64,000 nucleotides of DNA from NCBI GenBank assembly GCA_964544275.1, contig CAZIZX010000001.1:196342-260341 (forward strand). Direction: 5' to 3'. Numbering within the stretch: position 1 is the stretch's first letter; each line of letters begins with the position of its first letter. The notes beneath the pieces are model-generated. The model saw only the letters and a list, made by a program, of their open reading frames with translations, was not told the origin of the DNA and searched no databases. Source of the DNA: an uncultured Gammaproteobacteria bacterium (lineage in GTDB: Bacteria > Patescibacteriota > Microgenomatia > UBA12405). Shown here one piece after another: positions 60,285-64,000 of this stretch. The position numbers were made by a program, and so were the translations under genes.

Positions 60285-61032
60285 AAATGGACTTCTGGAT
60301 AGTGTTTTATCAACAATTCCTTCCCGATTTGAACCCCACCTTGTTGTTTCTATTGGCGGCAATTCCAACCTGGAATTCACTGATCTTGTCCAGGAAATAT
60401 CGGGAAGAAATCCAAACATTCACCCACTCCTTCTCGGTAATCCACCCTTGGCCACAGCTTATCTAACAGGTCTTCAATACGCCCAAAAAGAACTAGGCGC
60501 CAATTATATTGTTGAGATGGATGCCAGCGGTGCTCACCATCCAAAATATATTCCTGACTTTATTAGATCCCTAGCCGAGGAAGGTTTCGACGCTGCCTTT
60601 TCATCCCGCTTCTCCAAAGGTTCCGCCATTGACCGTTACCCTCTTCAACGCCGTCTTGTTAGCCGACTTGGTACCGTGTCGGCCAATCTAACCTTTGGTT
60701 TTTGGCCTCACTGGCCCGATCTTACCAGTGGCTTTGAGTCCTTTTCCAACACCACTCTTCAACAAATTCTCTGCCATAAACCTGTCGGGACCTGGATTTC
60801 GGAAACCAAAGGACCTGGCCATTTCTATCAAACAGAAATGAGGGTCAGAATACTAAAAAATAATTTTCAAGTCCAAACCATTCCTATTATCTGGGGGACT
60901 GATCGAGCCCAACCTCCAACTAAACTTCCTACCAGAACTGTCCTTCAAGCCTTAACCAGCTTACTTGTACTCAAACAAGAACTCAACTCTTCACCATTAT
61001 CTCGACAAACCAACACACCCCATGAAAGCTAA
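60229..61032 (+). CDS. GT2, divergent polyprenol-phosphate mannose synthase-like
   Basis: VMPAKNE, L.TAY..G, EMDASGAHHP, SSRF..G, DLTSGF, YQTEM. Confidence 0.75.
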   Translation: MSEKVSVVMPAKNETTSFKNGLLDSVLSTIPSRFEPHLVVSIGGNSNLEFTDLVQEISGRNPNIHPLLLGNPPLATAYLTGLQYAQKELGANYIVEMDASGAHHPKYIPDFIRSLAEEGFDAAFSSRFSKGSAIDRYPLQRRLVSRLGTVSANLTFGFWPHWPDLTSGFESFSNTTLQQILCHKPVGTWISETKGPGHFYQTEMRVRILKNNFQVQTIPIIWGTDRAQPPTKLPTRTVLQALTSLLVLKQELNSSPLSRQTNTPHES

Positions 61033-62050
61033 TTCTCCTTCAGTATCCGCCATCGTTCTCAACTACAATGGTAAACATCTATTAGAAGAATCTCTCAACT
61101 CGCTTCATCATCAAACTTACTCCAATTTTAAAATTTACGTCCTCGACGCTTCTTCGTCCGACGGCAGTTCTGAATATATAAGAAAAAATTACCCAAAAGT
61201 TACCATCATCAATGCCCCGTCAACCCTTGGTATCGCCGGATCCAGCAATACTGCCGCCCACACCACTACTGAAAGCTACCTGGTTTTTTTGAGTAATGAC
61301 ATGAAGTTCGACAAAAACTGTATTTCTCAATTGGTAGAAACAATCACCAAAGACCCACGCTGCGGTATATGTTCAGCTGTCCTCCTCAAGCACGACAAGG
61401 ACCCGATCACCGGCAAATATCACATTGATAATGCTGGAATTGACGTTGACCTTTTTGGTTTTATCTCCCCTCATGCTAACTCAAAAACTCTTGATGACCT
61501 CCCCGACCAACCCTTTGAAACCTTTGCTTCCTGCGGAGGCTGTTTTATTATCAAACGCAATATATTCGAAAAAATTGGCGGCTTTGATACCGCCTTTTGG
61601 GGTCTTTCAGAAGACGTCGATCTCTCCTGGCGAACACGCCTTTTAGGTTTAAAAGTTACTGTTAACCCCAAATCCTATCTTTATCACCATATTTCTCCCT
61701 CTTTGGGCAAGTTAACCATAAAAAGAACCAGATTTCTCAGCGAAAGAAACAACCTCCGGATGCTTTTGAAAAATTATTCCTCACCCAACCTGTTTTTGCT
61801 CCTCCCTCTCTATGCCGTCCTTGAAATTGGCGAAGTATCCTTTTATCTTCTCCGACGTCGTCCTGAATTATCTATCTCTATCATAAAAGCCGTACTTTGG
61901 AATATGATCCATTTGCCCGATACGCTCAAACAAAGACGCAAAATCCAAAAAATCAGAAAAGTTACTGACCAAAAAATTATGCAATTACTAAGTCATTCAA
62001 GCTTTAAACTAAAAATATTTCCTCAAGTCCTAAAAACAAAAGCTATATAG
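61022..62050 (+). CDS. GT2 (WbbL-like)
   Basis: VLNYNG, LDASSSD, GGFD..F...EDVDLSWR, ERN...LLKN. ATG 61022 preferred over 60965. Confidence 0.85.
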   Translation: MKANSPSVSAIVLNYNGKHLLEESLNSLHHQTYSNFKIYVLDASSSDGSSEYIRKNYPKVTIINAPSTLGIAGSSNTAAHTTTESYLVFLSNDMKFDKNCISQLVETITKDPRCGICSAVLLKHDKDPITGKYHIDNAGIDVDLFGFISPHANSKTLDDLPDQPFETFASCGGCFIIKRNIFEKIGGFDTAFWGLSEDVDLSWRTRLLGLKVTVNPKSYLYHHISPSLGKLTIKRTRFLSERNNLRMLLKNYSSPNLFLLLPLYAVLEIGEVSFYLLRRRPELSISIIKAVLWNMIHLPDTLKQRRKIQKIRKVTDQKIMQLLSHSSFKLKIFPQVLKTKAI

Positions 62051-63755
62051 TCGACAGTTGTTTAATCCCCTCTATGGCTGGAGTGAATTGTGGCGATATT
62101 TTCAAAGCTTCTTTAAACAGTTTGCTTGCTTCCTCTTTATTTTTCATTTCCGCATAAACCACACCCACAACATAGTATGATTGCGGGTTATTTGGTTGTA
62201 ATTCAATTAATTTTTTACCATGCTCCTCAGCCAGTTTTAAGTTTCCCTCCATTATATCAATCTGTATCAGGCTTATATAAGTTTGAAATAGTTCCGGAGA
62301 ATAATATAAAGCAATATTGTAACTCTCTCTGGCCAAATCCAATCTGCCAATTTTAAAAAATATATTGGCCCGGTTATGGTAAGCATCAGCATAATTTTCC
62401 TTCATCAAAGTCGACTGAGTAAAACCTTTGATCGAATTTTCATAATCTTCCAGCTTGTCATAATCATCCCCGATATTATTCCAAGCATTATGACTGTTAG
62501 GTGACACCTGGACCGTATTCACCCACAGCTTATGGTTAGTACTCCAATCATTATTCCTCAAAATTACTCTGACCCCATAGAGCGCACATAACAAAACCAG
62601 CACCACATAACTTACTTCCTTAAATTTTTTAGCTAAATTTTCAAACAATATTCCCAGTAATAATGTAAATCCAAACGACCCTAAAAACACATATCTCTCA
62701 GCCACTAACCAACTTACCTTAAGTGGTGCCATCGACGGAGCGGTTGCCAGAAAAATAAATACCAAAGCATAAAATATTACTCTATTTTTTACGAAAAAGT
62801 AACCGACGGCACCCAAATAGGTTAGTAACACTATCCAATTTAACCAACTAGGTAACACATACATCGTATGGTATAACGTCAAATCTGTCGGAACCAGCAT
62901 TAACTGCAAATACTTTGTTATTGCTGTCGGGTACTGAAAAAAGGGATTATAAAAAATGCTTTCAGACATATTGTAGCCCGAGTTTACGCTATCCAACCTG
63001 CTCATTATTGCCGGCCACATAATAACACTCATTACAACACCTCCAACAAGCAGCCCACCCATTATCTTACCCATATCAATCCTGACTTTAATTCTTCCCT
63101 TATATGCAACCAAATAAGCCAAAAATAGGGGGATAAGAGCAAATGATCTCACCCTGTCCGAAAAAAATGCCAACATAAAAAATAATCCAGCCATCATCAG
63201 GCTTTTTATTCTTCCATCCTTTGAATATATTGATAGATATATCAACGACAACAATGTAAACAGTGACACCAGAAGATAAGGGACTCCGGATATCCAGGAA
63301 ACCGCTTCCACATGTATTGGCAGCACTACAAATATAATCGTTGTCAAAAATGCCACATGCTTGTTAGTCAGTAACTTTGCATATACGAAAACCAAGCAAC
63401 ATATAACAAGATACAAAAACAGGCTATATACATGGAAAGCAACCGGACTTTCCACTCCAAATATTACTGCGATTAAATATTTAGAAAATCCAACTAAATT
63501 AAATCCTGGAAACAAAACCAGGAACCTTTTGATATCCGGGTTTTGTGTAATTGAAGCATAGTCGTCGGATACAAAATTTCCACCCAAAGAATTAGCATAT
63601 AACAAAATAACCCCGATAACGATTCCTACCAAAAATCTCCAATGCTCTTTGATAATCTTTGTAAACCCAACTGTTTCGCCCGAGTTCATCTTCTCGTTTA
63701 TACCAACCTCTTCCTGCTTGACTCTTCTTTGCTGTTTTACTTTCTTTTGAGACAT
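62043..63755 (-). CDS. TMTC-like GT-C membrane protein with C-terminal TPR repeats
   Basis: FVSDD...I..NP after TM1, PIHVEAVSWISG, AERY.FL.S.G, RN.DW.....LW, then TPR-like helices (AWNNIG, AYHNRA, SYYVVG). Confidence 0.82.
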   Translation of the reverse strand: MSQKKVKQQRRVKQEEVGINEKMNSGETVGFTKIIKEHWRFLVGIVIGVILLYANSLGGNFVSDDYASITQNPDIKRFLVLFPGFNLVGFSKYLIAVIFGVESPVAFHVYSLFLYLVICCLVFVYAKLLTNKHVAFLTTIIFVVLPIHVEAVSWISGVPYLLVSLFTLLSLIYLSIYSKDGRIKSLMMAGLFFMLAFFSDRVRSFALIPLFLAYLVAYKGRIKVRIDMGKIMGGLLVGGVVMSVIMWPAIMSRLDSVNSGYNMSESIFYNPFFQYPTAITKYLQLMLVPTDLTLYHTMYVLPSWLNWIVLLTYLGAVGYFFVKNRVIFYALVFIFLATAPSMAPLKVSWLVAERYVFLGSFGFTLLLGILFENLAKKFKEVSYVVLVLLCALYGVRVILRNNDWSTNHKLWVNTVQVSPNSHNAWNNIGDDYDKLEDYENSIKGFTQSTLMKENYADAYHNRANIFFKIGRLDLARESYNIALYYSPELFQTYISLIQIDIMEGNLKLAEEHGKKLIELQPNNPQSYYVVGVVYAEMKNKEEASKLFKEALKISPQFTPAIEGIKQLSTI

Positions 63756-63762
63756 AAACCCA

Positions 63763-64000
63763 TTATATATTTAAATTCAAAAATAATTTTGACAATTTTT
63801 GATCATCATGCCTCAATCTGTAATTTTTCTTTTCAATCAAAGCAATATCCTCAACCATCGTTTTAACTTTTTCCTCTTTGTTGTATTTAATTGGAAAAGA
63901 TCCCTCCATCTCATAATTTTCCAAACTCTTTCTCAACATCTTTCGGTTTAACTTACTCATATCGGCCATCACCACCAAATCAAAACATTTTCTGCAATTT
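63763..64000 (-). CDS. 3' end of a YvcK/GlmR (CofD-like) family protein; runs off the window end
   Basis: Frame open to the window edge (NCRKCFDLVV...). L.NYE.EG..P and LRHD.QKL match my recollection of the YvcK C-terminus. Confidence 0.55.
   Translation of the reverse strand, partial: NCRKCFDLVVMADMSKLNRKMLRKSLENYEMEGSFPIKYNKEEKVKTMVEDIALIEKKNYRLRHDDQKLSKLFLNLNI

Noticed and set aside
1-64000. Dozens of 60-165 aa ORFs in the track lying antisense or out of frame within larger genes (e.g. 7600-7998, 20236-20733, 47377-47868)
   Set aside because: They are largely or fully nested in well-supported genes and have no recognisable motifs; treated as shadow ORFs.
1-64000. CRISPR array, tRNA/rRNA genes, IS elements, prophage
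   Set aside because: No spaced direct repeats, cloverleaf-like segments, transposase, integrase or phage genes seen. Intergenic space is minimal. Checked by eye only.
1-64000. Alternative genetic code (UGA = Gly) as in some CPR lineages
   Set aside because: RF2 is present, TGA ends many genes, and ORFs are full length under the standard bacterial code.

Overview
Gene-dense, AT-rich bacterial chromosome segment. Gene content and protein style suggest Patescibacteria/CPR, probably the Microgenomates group (inference). About 61 CDS (51 on +, 10 on -). I saw no rRNA, tRNA, CRISPR array or transposase. Bases 1-23.2 kb are housekeeping and envelope genes: uvrC 3' end, archaeal-type tyrS, short Rel, sortase, greA-like, lysS, HD hydrolase, serS, secA, nrnA, HIT, typA, C39-like peptidase, cyclophilin, prfB, LCP, ftsEX with a coiled-coil M23 peptidase, and a VPKTG surface protein. 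Bases 23.4-63.8 kb form one ~40 kb glycosylation locus: 13 GT2, 4 GT4, about 10 full-length and 2 short GT-C-type membrane proteins, a Wzx-like flippase, 4 radical SAM enzymes interleaved with glycosyltransferases, a methyltransferase and a TMTC-like GT-C/TPR protein. Main observations: (1) -10 boxes sit 5-6 nt before many start codons, with no Shine-Dalgarno seen, implying leaderless mRNAs; (2) the M23 domain downstream of ftsEX is circularly permuted; (3) a glycosyltransferase/radical-SAM tailoring cassette; (4) short GT-C-derived genes are translationally coupled to full GT-C genes; (5) a uORF/hairpin leader precedes greA-lysS. All family calls come from motif recognition by eye; no searches were run.
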